This document shows positions 11,891 to 24,809 of a stretch of 37,957 nt of DNA, piece by piece; the stretch's first letter is position 1; each line of letters begins with the position of its first letter. Both the position numbers and the translations under genes were made by a program. The notes beneath the pieces are model-generated. The model ran no database searches. It was given only the letters and a program-made list of their open reading frames with translations, and had not been told where the DNA came from. Source of the stretch: Anthoceros angustus (lineage: Eukaryota > Plantae > Anthocerotophyta); assembly GCA_010909165.1 (NCBI GenBank), contig VJWM01000363.1:1-37957 (forward strand), written 5' to 3'.

Positions 11891-12438
11891 TCATTTATAT
11901 CTTTGTGCAAGCTGGGGTTACCTTGTACAAGCGGGTAGGTACCTTGACCACCTACTACCTGCTTCAGTCTATGCAGAAATAGCAAAGCGGGTCTCTCTTC
12001 CCCTCTCTCTGCGTGCCCTGCTACCGTTTCCCCGGTGGAGCTGGGCTTGCGCTTCGCTGGAACCCGGAGGTGGTGTTGGTCCAGCCTCTTTGACCTCCCC
12101 GCGTTTTCCACCGCACTCCGGCTCGCGTGCTCTCTACGCTCTGCCTGCTATTGCTGTTGCGGTTGCCGCTTTTGCCTGCTGCTGCTGTTGCCGCTTTTTC
12201 CTGCTGGTGCTTTTGCCGCTTTTGCTGACGGCGGCCTGATCGCCTACCTCGCGTCTTAGGTTTGTCGCACCTTCCCCCTGCTTCAACCAACCCGCCGGAC
12301 TGCCTCTACTCGGCTGAGCTTGCGCATTGCGCAGACTCCCTGTTCCTCTTGGTCTGACACTGACAGCGGTCAATTCTGCAGGTTTTCCAATTCTCGCTTC
12401 CTCTTCCCCCTTCTGGACGATCCCAAGTCTTTTCTGCT

Positions 12439-14346
<1,908 letters not shown>

Positions 14347-15194
14347 AGCAGATTCCACATGTGGTTTAGCTGAATGGGGAACTGCTGTTTGGGGACCAAC
14401 TTAGTGGTTGGTGGCATGCACGTTTTGAATGGCCAAGTCTAGGATGCTTAGTTCCGTTGTGGTCACCTGCCCTCCAGTGAGCCGCCATTCTGAGGCTTTG
14501 AAGCTGTTTCAAGCCGATTAGCAACGGACTGTTGGCATGCACAGTGCTTAATTCTTTTGAGTATCATTTGGCTGTCATGAATCACTCATTCTTTCACTGC
14601 ATTGATTTTCTCATGTCTTCTGTGCAGAAGGATGCTGTGTCAGTTTGACACGTCTATGTGCTGTAGGTAGGATTATTTTTCACCTGATGGGTGTGTGGAA
14701 TTATGGCTAGCTTAAGTAAAGTTTGACGAACCTATCGTCTACTTTGAAGTTCGACTGCTCTCTGAGCAGACTCCACGCGATCTGCCAGCCAGCTAATTTG
14801 CTTCCTCTTATTGCGAGTGCGGAAGATCAACGGCGTGCAAGATGTCCTTGCTGGTGCTCTCAACCCGGTAAACCACACAGTCTGATATCGACCGACGGTA
14901 AAAAATCCACGGGGAATAAAGGTTGAATTCTCGCCGAAAAGAAGAATCCACGGGGAAGGACTCCTTGGAGCACGCGACAAAAGAATCAGTTATGTCAAAA
15001 TGGTGGCTTCTCGTACAGCTGATGTAAGTCCCGTGATTACGTGAGGGCGCCTAGAGAATCCACGGTGGATAGACGTTTTAGAGGCGCTCAGGAATGAGCT
15101 GGGTGATTCTACTTCTGAACCAGTCAGACGTAGCATCGCATCCCCCCCCACGAACTCAGTCACAATGAAGTAGGTTCAATCCCGACTGTATCGA

Positions 15195-15295
15195 GAAGAA
15201 CGCATTGGATTAATCTCTAAGCATTAGGAGGGAAGAACGCTGGTATTGAAAAGGACGCATTAGATGACTCTCTGAGCATTAGGAAGGAAGGACGC
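15195..15295. repeat. Diverged 46-bp direct repeat, period 55, in the intergenic gap between the convergent genes
   Basis: GAAGAACGCATTGGATTAATCTCTAAGCATTAGGAGGGAAGAACGC (15195-15240) versus AAAGGACGCATTAGATGACTCTCTGAGCATTAGGAAGGAAGGACGC (15250-15295). Confidence 0.75.
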
Positions 15296-15654
15296 TTTCA
15301 GGCAACCCAGCGACAAAAGAGATCCTGGCAGCATCAGTAATACTCCAGTTCCGAAACCGGGGGCTACGACATGGCAACACGCCACGATCCTCTGGACCGG
15401 GAGATTAGATTGTGGCCTCTCATACGACTGGTGTAAGTCTACGTGATTACGTCGTTCGTATAATAAGGAGGTTCTAGCACAGACAACGAAAAGCATAAAC
15501 AGGTCGAGGGTAAAGGACGGATCACAAACAGTAATCGTAATGCTAGAATTAAATACTCTAGTAAATTTTATGTCGAAAGGGCATCGGCAGAGCTGAGTCC
15601 CAGATCACAAATTAGTTATCACAAAAAGATACTTGCTTGATCCAACGTACTATT

Positions 15655-18600
15655 TTACGCGTGCTGCAGAGCGTTGCCAATCTTGCGCATTTCGGCCAAA
15701 GCTATCATCGCTGCGACATGGCCCTTTTTCCCGGTGTGTTTATGCTCTGCCTGACTTGCCTGAGACATAGCTTCTTCAATTACCTGCAAATTGACAAAGA
15801 GAATTAAGCAGACATACAAAATTTTCAACCTTCTGAAAGTCAAACTGTTTTCGAACAAGATCTCCTTCCCCTACCAACAAGACACTAGGAAGTCACATCA
15901 TGTACCTGAAGATGCTCCAACAACGATTTACCAAGGGCCTGAGGACTAACAGGATTAAATTTATCCTTTGGTCGCCTCAGAAGGTCAGGACTTCCAGTTG
16001 TCAACTTCCCAGACTTCTCTTCATCAAATATCTTAGAAGCCTTTTCTTTTTCTGCAGCAGAATCGCCAGCCAAAGAAGAGCTACTATCATTTTGTGAATG
16101 CCACCACCGTGGTTTCCGAATCACCTCACTTCCTGCATCTGTTCTTTCGGGTTCTCTGGAGCTTCCTATCCTGTTCTGGGAGATAACTTCGTTGGATGTT
16201 TTTGCATTGGTGGCCTTGTCTGCAGAGCTGACACCAGCGTTCCACACCCAATTCAACCTCCTGCTCTTCATGGTGGCTGGCCGCAGCTTTGCTGCTGCTG
16301 TTGGATCCACGCCGTCTGTTGTTGAGTCAGACAACCCTCGGTTCTCCAGAGAGCTGAAAGACACTTGGCATTGTAAAGGATCAGCAGGAGGTTGACGACC
16401 TTCCATTTCCTCCAGCCTATCTAACAGACAGTCATCCATGGGAAAGAGGGCAGACCCAGCATGGGCCGACAGTCTTGAGCTTGACGTATCTAACTGCTGA
16501 GGTGAGGACTTATCTGAGCCATTCTGGCTAATGCAGACCTGCTGTGCAATTCTTGGTGGCCTCAAAGCAACGTGTCTTGGAGAAATCGAGAAAGGCTGTG
16601 TTGTCCCAACACTGCTACTATGGTGAGATTGAGCATTCAAAAGTACTTGGTGACTTTTATGATCCACCACTGACGTCACCATGTCACTGGATTCACGAGA
16701 ATTGCCAAAGCTATCCTCCCTCCTGGACAGTAATAACAATCCATTTTCTGGAGAAGCCCCTCGTCCTGAATAACCAAGTACCTCTGTGCGCGGAGTAATT
16801 GAACCTGACTCACACATACTTGGTAGCACAGATTCACTGACACCTATGCGGTGATGTTCAGCCTTTTGTCTTCCAGGGCCCACAGACTTACAAGACACAG
16901 TCCTTTCGGCTGGACAGCTATCACTTTCATCCTCATTGAGAAACCATGGTCCCAGATCGCTATTACTGTGCAGAGATAGTCCTCCTTGTTCATGAGGAAA
17001 ACAATCCTTGCCTGGGGTCAACGACTTCCTTTCATTGCCTGTCACGCTAGCTGTATCACTGTCACACAGGATAGGTGGGCTAGGACTACAATCTGAAGCA
17101 GAGTGATTGTTTCTTGATCTTCCTTGCCCATCCGTAACAGCATCCTGTCCTCCATAAACGTTTGCTGGCCGGGTGCCAGATTCTGGCACCCGAACAGCAG
17201 AAGTTTCTCTCACCGGACTGCCTGGGCTCTGCAAGCAAACTGCCTCCTCAACCTTTTGCAGAACTGATGACGTCCATTTTTCCTCCCAATAGCTTTCTGG
17301 AATAGACATCCTTAATAGCTCCGGGGAGCAAGTGGTTGCACGTTGATGACGCAGTCCATGATTTTTCAAAGTACTGATGTGTGCATGACCCAGAGGTGGG
17401 GAGACACTACCAGTTCGTTTATGCATACCAGCTCGGCTGTGCTCAAAGGTCCTGCTACCCTTTGCAACCTGAGGAGGAGGGGTTCTCGCAGCACAAAGGG
17501 CAGCTGGTTGAAGCAACTTAGCACTATCAATAAGGTGTCTCACATCTGAGATTTTGGGAAAACTCAAGAGGCGCTGCAAACACCCAGTAGCATCAGGGGC
17601 TGCAAGCAAAGCTGGTCGCATATAGAGTAGCATTGAAACTGCTAAAGCTGATATCAACGCACTCCGTGCAGAATACTTCACATCCTGGCTGTTATCATCT
17701 TCGTCTCCTTCCGATGACAAAGGCAAGTTGGAAGCTGAAAATATTGCATCCCAGACAAGCAGCAGATCTTCGAGCAGAAATTCTCTTCCAAATAACAAGC
17801 GGAGCCACCTTAGGGCAAAAAACTGAGGCTCCACACCAAACTCGACAAGGTGAGAGTATAGAGGGGGGTCTACAGCAGCCAGGGCTCGGTAAACCACTGC
17901 AGAAGCTTCAAGTACAGGAGGAATCCCCGAAGCAGGACTCGTGCCACTTGTGGTTGAGAAGAAATCTGCCATAGCAACAGCACCCCCTAGGCCACTCAGC
18001 AAGGCATCAAACATGCAATAGGCATCATGTTCCACAAAACGTGCTGATAGAAGTGCCCCAAGCTCTCCTTCAGCTCCATACAGATCACTCCCCAACACGA
18101 TGGCCTTCAAGTCTGTGTCACCTTCATCTGCCTGGCATAGAGCCCCTAATACATCCTGGGCTGAAATTCTACCAACCCAGTGGCCATCATGATCAGGAAC
18201 TCCCAGGCTCTTAGCGAACAACAGTTCCGAGTACGTTATTTGACGTCCAGTGTTATCCTTGTGTGCGATGCTGCCTTCGTGAATAGGAAGGCCATCAAAC
18301 CTATCGTCAAATAGATCCTCATAGCGGTGCTTGACTTGTGCTAGATGTACAACGTCAACGTGCAAAACGTAAAGAAGAGGAGCAAGCAGTTCATGCATTC
18401 CTGGAAATAGCAACAATGTCAGCCGGAGGGGTATTTGGTAGCAAAGGCGAAGAAAGATCAAGAACATCCTTTTGTGCAGAGTCAGTAGTAGCAAGGGGTA
18501 GTTCTACTCTTACCCTGACGGTAGCTGTACTGGGGATGCATAAGAGACCAGACCAAAAGAATTCGACGCAACATTGCCTGGCACGTAGCACTTTGAAAGA

Positions 18601-19218
18601 AACTGCCATGCTCAGGGTACAGACGGGTCAAGTCCTTGTCAATGGTCCTCTCCAGTTCGGCGTTACGGAAGTAGCGGCCCCAGACGCTCTCTGCGCATGT
18701 AGGAAGGTGAGAGGGGGAGCCCATGAGCGCGACTGAAGGTGGTGAATGCTCGGGTGTAGGGCAATTGGTTTGTGAACTCACCAGGATCCAGGGACAGCGG
18801 GTTGTCCATGTTGACATGGGCTGGTTTGTGGCCTTCCTCTATGATGTGCGGGTCCACGAGAAGGCGCCTTCGCAGGTCAGCGTACCTGCAGCAGACGGGA
18901 CGAGGGGCAATAAGGGAGACAGAAGGAGAAATTGACACAAGAACCAATGGGATGCGAGATCCGGACGCAGCGCAACCTGCGACGGCCATCAGCAGAGACA
19001 CGTCGCAGAGTGTCAATGGACGCTGGGCTGGAAGGCAGGACTCCAAGGCGAATACGCCACTGCACTCCACGCAGAATCCATCGACCGTCCTTGACGCTAC
19101 TGCTGGCCGCGGAATCACAGCTCCTGCAGGAGCTGGAACTGTCATCATTGGCGGAGGCATCATCTTGTAGAGGGTCAGCAATTGCAGCTGCAGCTGTGGG
19201 AGGTGGCCTGTGAGTCAT
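15655..19218 (-). CDS. TBC1D5: TBC-domain Rab GTPase-activating protein (TBC1D5-like), 1048 aa; exons 19218-18977, 18885-18782, 18690-18514, 18400-15906, 15783-15655
   Basis: LRGVQWRIRLGVLP, DNPLSLDPESVWGRYF, IDKDLTRLYPE (arginine finger), YRQGMHELLAPLL (glutamine finger), EHDAYCMFDAL, ALRWLRLLFGREF; C-terminus GKSLLEHLQVIEE...ALAEMRKIGNAL. GT-AG introns, 3147 nt in frame. Orthology is assigned by motif recognition only. Confidence 0.92.
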
Positions 19219-19578
19219 GGGTTTGCTGCGCTCTGGACACCACTCATCGCATCCACCACAGCCGGCAATCGATCATGGAATTCCCTCCGACCCCTAGAGC
19301 AGAAAAATGATCCAATTGGCCCCTGCTCTGCAATTCACGACAATGGACTCCCCGGTCGATCCAGCAGTCTTTAGTACAGCATACAGACAGTCTGTCACAA
19401 TACATAACCACAGCCCATAATTCGATCCTACATCCCGTGTAAGTTGTAAATTCTCGGTACATCACGTTTTCATACTTTCAGAGTTCACGCCCAGAGCGGA
19501 ATATTCGCAATTCCACTAAAGGGCGCTTGGCTACGTGGCGTTAGCCTCCTACCTAATGTAAATTAGGCACATGAATCC

Positions 19579-21718
19579 CTAACTCACGCAGAGCAAAACA
19601 TTGGTGAGGTAAGAACCCTCTGGGTAACACGGGTCTTGCGGGTGATCCGCACCAGCTCCCGCATGGCGCAGTACTCTGATGTTCCTGCCCACCGAGGATG
19701 CTGCCTCCTGCAATCTTTCGCCACAATTAGCGTCCAAGTACACACCTCCACAGTTGCCATAAGACTCTCTCTCACTCTCTCTCACTCTCTCACCTGGAGA
19801 ATGGGCATGAAGAGCCCGCTTTGGGTCATGGCTCCTGAGCAGGAACACGTCATTAGGAGACCTCCAGGCCGGGTCAGCCGCATAGCCAATGCGTTGAGCG
19901 TCCGATACCGCGATTTGGCCTTATCCAGCACCTGCGCACAGGTTGTCATGCCAACATCATACGCACGCCTGATCCCTGGCCACCATCAGCATCGTGTTCC
20001 ACCTACCTTCCGACTGGGAGCCAGCTTGGGCGGGTCTAAAACTACTACATCCCATCTTCTTCCTTCCTTCAATACCGCCTTCATGTACGCTGCTATGTCA
20101 GCTTTGACGAAACATATGGAGCTTGCATCAACGTCATTCAGAGCTGCGTTTTCTTGAGCAAGACCTAAAGCAGGAAGAGAAGAGTCGACGCCTGCAACAC
20201 ATTGCCAGATGACAATAAAAATCACGATTCCAGTTACACGATGACGTGTTCGGAATATCAAACAGTGATTACCGGTCACATGAGTGGCTCCTCCAACAGC
20301 AGCATTCACTGAGAAGGCTCCAGTGTAGCAGCAAAGGTCCAGCACTGTTCTTCCCTTGCACAGCGACCGGAACAAGAAACGACTATCCCGTTGATCAGCA
20401 TAAAATCCCGTCTTCTGGCCACCTGGGAAAACCTTAAACCGTAGGCCGTTTTCCAGCACCTGGAGATGGGTTCAGCCACACTTCTGAGGAACAGTTTCAC
20501 AGCAAAGTTGGTCGAGAGACACACCTGAAGCCAAACTGTCAACCAACCTTAACGGTGTCGGCAGCTTCTCTGGTCTCAATTTTCGCCATCTCCACACCTT
20601 CGTCCCTCAAAATATCGACTGACGGTCTCCAAGTCACAGATGTGCTGCTTGTCACACTTCTTATGGTCATTTCAATGATGGAGCGGTGCTTTTCAACCCA
20701 TGCCGCAGATGATGACACCACAGCATGATCGTCAAGCATATCGACAACAAGACCAGACAGCCTGCAGCAGCAGATAGTGCACTTTCAGATTGCAGCAGAT
20801 AGTGCATTTTCAGACAATTGGGTCTAGTGCCAACTACACGCCTTAAGCTAATCCACTGTTGCCAGAATAGCTCCCAGTGTGTACCTGTCGCCTTCACTGT
20901 TAATTAGTCTATACACAGAAGTGTGAGCCCCAGGAAGCTCCAGCACCTTGCGAAGCTGGACGGCAGCAGTTATTCTAGTGTGCACGAGCATCTCCACATC
21001 TAGCAAACAAGAACGATCCCTGTAAGCTAGACAACAGACGCACCAGTAAGAAATGATTCCAAGCGATGGTCATTACTTCGAAATGCAGGTATGCATTAGG
21101 CAGCAGGGCAGCCCCGAACCTGCTAACCTCATCTGCCAATTGCATGATCCGAACGCAAAACATGGAAACGGGATTATAGAACCCCCAGGCGATGGGATGC
21201 CATGCTCCATCAGTTACCACCACAGCATCCCCGCACTTGGGTGGGGGCCTACCAACTACAGAATCCACAGCACCACTGTACACCATTGGGTGACCATCTC
21301 GAAAAAGTTGAGCCTTTCCCTTTTTGAGCACCACCATGGCTACACCTGCGAGAATTAAATCGCAAAGGTCATAAGATGCCCCGGCAATAACAATGACCGA
21401 AGGTAGGCACTCACCTGGACGTTCCATAAGGTGCTCGGTGGAGACGGATGTCTGGGCTTTGCAAGCCAGTGAACGCAAAGCCCATGAGCACCTGTAGTAG
21501 CCTGCTTGACCAGATGCGAGCCGCGAGGAACAGAACCCGGGATGCGGAAGCAGCAAAGTCATGGAATAACAACGTGGGCGCCTGGGAGGTGATGCTGATG
21601 TGTAACTTGGAGGAATTTGAGAATTGGATGGCAACTGTGTTGACAAGACCATGAGAGAGTGATGAGACAACAGCTTCCAACGGTCCAACGCGGCCCTTGC
21701 AACTGGAGCACTGAACAT
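19579..21718 (-). CDS. rlmI: RlmI-like SAM-dependent (rRNA m5C) methyltransferase with PUA-like N-domain and probable organellar transit peptide, 505 aa; exons 21718-21415, 21345-21120, 21019-20885, 20761-20548, 20459-20273, 20191-20007, 19931-19794, 19707-19579
   Basis: [92 protein letters not shown]...PEGSYL. GT-AG introns, 1518 nt in frame, Ser/Pro/Arg-rich first ~100 aa. The start codon and targeting are inferred. Confidence 0.92.
20767..20814. repeat. Tandem duplication (23 bp x2, period 25) in intron 3 of the methyltransferase gene
   Basis: GCAGCAGATAGTGCACTTTCAGA at 20767-20789 and GCAGCAGATAGTGCATTTTCAGA at 20792-20814, one mismatch. Confidence 0.9.
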
Positions 21719-21789
21719 GCCTAATCCACCATAAATGCGTCCGAGCAGAAGAAGAACGAAGAATTTTATTGAAGTCCACTAAAGACGGA

Positions 21790-22985
21790 TTTCCGTCATG
21801 GGACTTGGTACTTAACAACCATGTACCATGGTGTGCCTAAGCTACTTGCCCCAAGGGCATCCACTCCCATTAGGCACCCATCTAAGTATCGATCTAAGTC
21901 AGGATGCTTAATCACGAGGTTCTTATAAATGTGAGCAGATTGATGATTAATGCACCCGCCCCTGTGTGTGTTAGAATACTTAGAACTTTGGTGCCCAAAG
22001 GGATTAATCTCATCCGTAGCAAGTCCTAATCGAATGTTGCGCGTCTTCTTAGCAAACTCTGAATAAGTGTTGTCCACATATTCCCATGCATAGCTATCTG
22101 ATGGGACCCGCATAATCCCATTATTAGACTTATCTGTGGCGTGATATGACATCATACTTGCTAGCTCCGGACATCTAAACATTTGTTTCAATGCCATCAG
22201 AAAACTCGCCTGTGAACAGCATACAATCATCTTGACAAGCATGTATGGATGTATATGTTAGGCCAAACCCCTTAAGCATCTTTCTAATTTCAGCCCTACT
22301 TTTTGGCAACTTGTTGCCAAATGGGAGGCCTAATTTCGATAAAATTGAATTCAAAGATGCATCCGACCAGCTATGCCTCCTTTGGATATTCAATAACAAT
22401 AAAATGAATGCCAATAAACTTATCTTGGCTCCAACCCATAGAGGCGTAGTTGCTGCGGTGTGCATCGTCTTTAATTCCTCGTGCAAGGAATCGACACATT
22501 CTTTAGTCATTTTGCGATGCGAAACCCCACCAAGTGCCTCCACCAACTCTATGGTCACTTGTTCGGGATGAATGTTGACATGTTCTTCATCAACCTCAAA
22601 ATGATCATCAACCTCAATAAAATCTTGTTCCTCTTCAATCTATTTATTCAATCACACGAATAAATATCAAATAAGTATATAAAATATTGTAGTACTATAT
22701 AGAATAAATTATATTATAATTTAATAACTTTAGTATAACCACTATTATTAAGGAAATATTGAACAACATGCAAAACTAAAAAGGTTAAGAAGTCAAGTGA
22801 CGAGAGTATATACTAATTGTTTTGTTGCGATATAGTCAATATACACAAGGTACAAGACCCTCAACATCAACTCTTCTACATCCTACAACAAAAACTATTC
22901 CACATCCTCGTGCATCAACTTTGCCTTCAATTTCTTCCACTCCATCCATGTAATTTAATGTGTCTATGTACTCTTCCCCTTCCTT
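21790..22985 (-). pseudogene. CACTA transposase N-terminal remnant (Transposase_21/Tnp2), internally deleted
   Basis: AATTPLWVG, LPKSRAEIRKMLKGFGLTYTSIHACQDDCMLF, VPSDSYAWEYVD, RNIRLGLATDEINPFG, HPDLDRYL; acidic linker from 22639. A possible transposase-associated domain (YMDGVEE...PCVY*...N...HL) lies at ~22985-22780 with lower certainty. Confidence 0.88.
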
Positions 22986-23728
22986 CCTTTTGGCTTCAAA
23001 TGGTTCGGGTTATACCAATTGTAATCAACAAACAACTCTTCCCAGCATTAATGGTCCTCACCCCAAGTGCAAATCCAATCAAGATGGTCGTCACTTAGTA
23101 GCTCATGCCCATCCGACCTTTCTTCCCAAATGCAATTTTGCTTGATTGCGATATTTCCACTACTACTATTCATATATCCTGCCACATTCCCATATGCAAC
23201 ATGCCCATCGAGGTACTCAATTGGGCCATCATTAACATCTTTACGAGTCTATTGAAAGTCAATGCATACTTGAAATCGGTAACTTTTGTAGTTCACTATC
23301 TTGTTATATTCCCCCTGTGTATACTTTGGACCCCCAAACACAAACAAAGGAACTCCATTCACATTATCTTTTCTCACTACGATTTTCTCCATGGAAAATA
23401 AACCCAACCCCATGGCTGGGTTTGTTGCCTCCTTCACTATCCACCTTCGCCCCCAATATAGAAATGACTTGTTAATAGGAATAGGTCCCTTCTCCCACAT
23501 TCCCCATTCTCTAGGGTACACGCCTTTCAAAAGATGCTTGTATAAAACAATAGCATCATGAGACTTTGGATCTTCCCCCTCTTTTGGATGATAAGGAGGT
23601 GCAATAAAGGGTCCGGTCTCCTTTCCATCCAAAGGTTTTCCTACACCGCAAAGCCATGTGTCCACTCCTACGTTGTACTTGTTATAACATGCAAACAAAA
23701 ACTCCTTCCAACTATAAAAAACAACCAT
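22964..23728 (-). pseudogene. Intronless SET-domain protein, degenerate (one premature stop at 23249-23251 and compensating frameshifts near 23040-23090)
   Basis: ATG at 23728. MGLGLFSMEKI (SET motif I), YLDGHVAYGNVAGYMNSS...KQN (equivalent of RFINHS..PN) and ALGVRTINAG/EELFVDYNW (equivalent of A.RDI..GEEL..DY). No post-SET cysteine cluster is visible. Confidence 0.8.
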
Positions 23729-23949
23729 AATTACACATATGAATAATTAAACTACCTTTAATATAATAAGAGAAACATATTTACCACAACTAGTATGCCA
23801 CATCAGAATTATTCTATAGATAATATTATATAATTGCTTTATTATTGTATTCCCTAGCATAGAAGAAAAGGGCTCCATAATCCTAGCATAGAAGAAAAGG
23901 ACTGCAACTCACAGTTGTGGCTACGAGTGGTTCTCCTTGTTTTGCTATT

Positions 23950-24032
23950 TCTTCTCCTCCTTCCTCTCCTCGTCCTCCTTCTCCTCGTCCTCCTTCTCCT
24001 CGTCCTCCTTCTCCTCCTCATTCTTCTTCTCC
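23950..24032. repeat. Low-complexity 15-bp unit repeat (CTCCTCGTCCTCCTT)n, encoding an EKEDE-type acidic tail on the minus strand
   Basis: About three near-perfect units. The minus frame reads NRKEKKNEEEKEDEEKEDEEKEDEERKEEKK*. Confidence 0.8.
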
Positions 24033-24244
24033 TTGCGGTTCTCCACCGGGGACTTCATGGAATCTATATTGGATATTTGGGCGCTTAAATCTACGAACGC
24101 GATCCATAAGGACCTACCCTCAACAATGATCGTGGGTTAAGCCCTTGCCCCTGTCTTCAGAGCACGTTGGAAAGTGCGAGGCTACCTTCGATGAAGTGCT
24201 CGCCCCTCGCTCCAACCTCCGTATCTCGGCGAATCCGCATAAAT

Positions 24245-24720
24245 CGAGCCAATTCTAATCTAGAGCAATTCCATGCAACCCGATAACGCGATACTCACGA
24301 AAAGCTTTACAAAGAGCATAGACCTGCAGCGGACTTGTAGCTATCTAGCATCCGGCGGATGGTCGATTTAGGTGTGCACCAGTTTTTATTGACCCTTGCT
24401 ACTAGAAGGCCCTCGCCACGATGGAAGGCCCTTCTAGCTATGTAGTGGATGGTTAGTGGTCGATGGTAGTAAAGAGAAGGCCTCTTACGATCGGTGCTTG
24501 TTAGGCGGTCAATCCAAAGCGCTTTACACGAGGGCAAATCGGTTTGGGAAATTTGCAACGCTCTCTTATCAACGCACTCGCTTTGAAACATTTGCATCGC
24601 AGCCAATTCTAATCATGAGCAATTGCATGCAACTACTCGAAATACAAAAAGCGACTGCAGCGGACTTGTAGCTATCTAGCATCCGGCGGATGGTAAGCCG
24701 AGCTTTGCGGCCCTTGCTGA
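24245..24720. repeat. Diverged tandem duplication (period ~330-350 bp) with a 38-bp identical core
   Basis: GCAGCGGACTTGTAGCTATCTAGCATCCGGCGGATGGT at ~24326 and ~24658; AGCCAATTCTAATC at ~24248 and 24601. The minus strand repeats TIRRMLDSYKSAA. Confidence 0.85.
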
Positions 24721-24809
24721 GAAGGCCCTCGCTTGCACAATGGAAGGCGCTTGGCCTCTTCACGATGCAGCGAAAGCGGCTGCAAGGCTGGCTTGTTGCG
24801 ATTCGTATT

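Noticed and set aside
11830-12373. Several 74-93 aa ORFs around the (TAAA)n tail and GC-rich leader
   Set aside because: Low-complexity products (YLFIYLFI, poly-Q/A) of the microsatellite and the RABE1 5' region, with no domain signal.
16098-17974. Plus-strand ORFs opposite the TBC exon
   Set aside because: Short antisense shadows of a long coding exon, with no recognisable motifs.
15885-18494. 869-aa ORF as a stand-alone gene
   Set aside because: It is exon 4 of the TBC gene plus intron read-through at both ends; the splice sites at 18400 and 15906 join it to conserved flanking exons.
19765-19793. (CT)n/CTCA microsatellite-like tract
   Set aside because: Ordinary simple repeat at the 5' end of intron 7 of the methyltransferase gene.
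20975-21718. 247-aa ORF as a complete protein
   Set aside because: It reads through in-frame intron 1 and on into intron 2; the spliced model restores the RlmI motifs.
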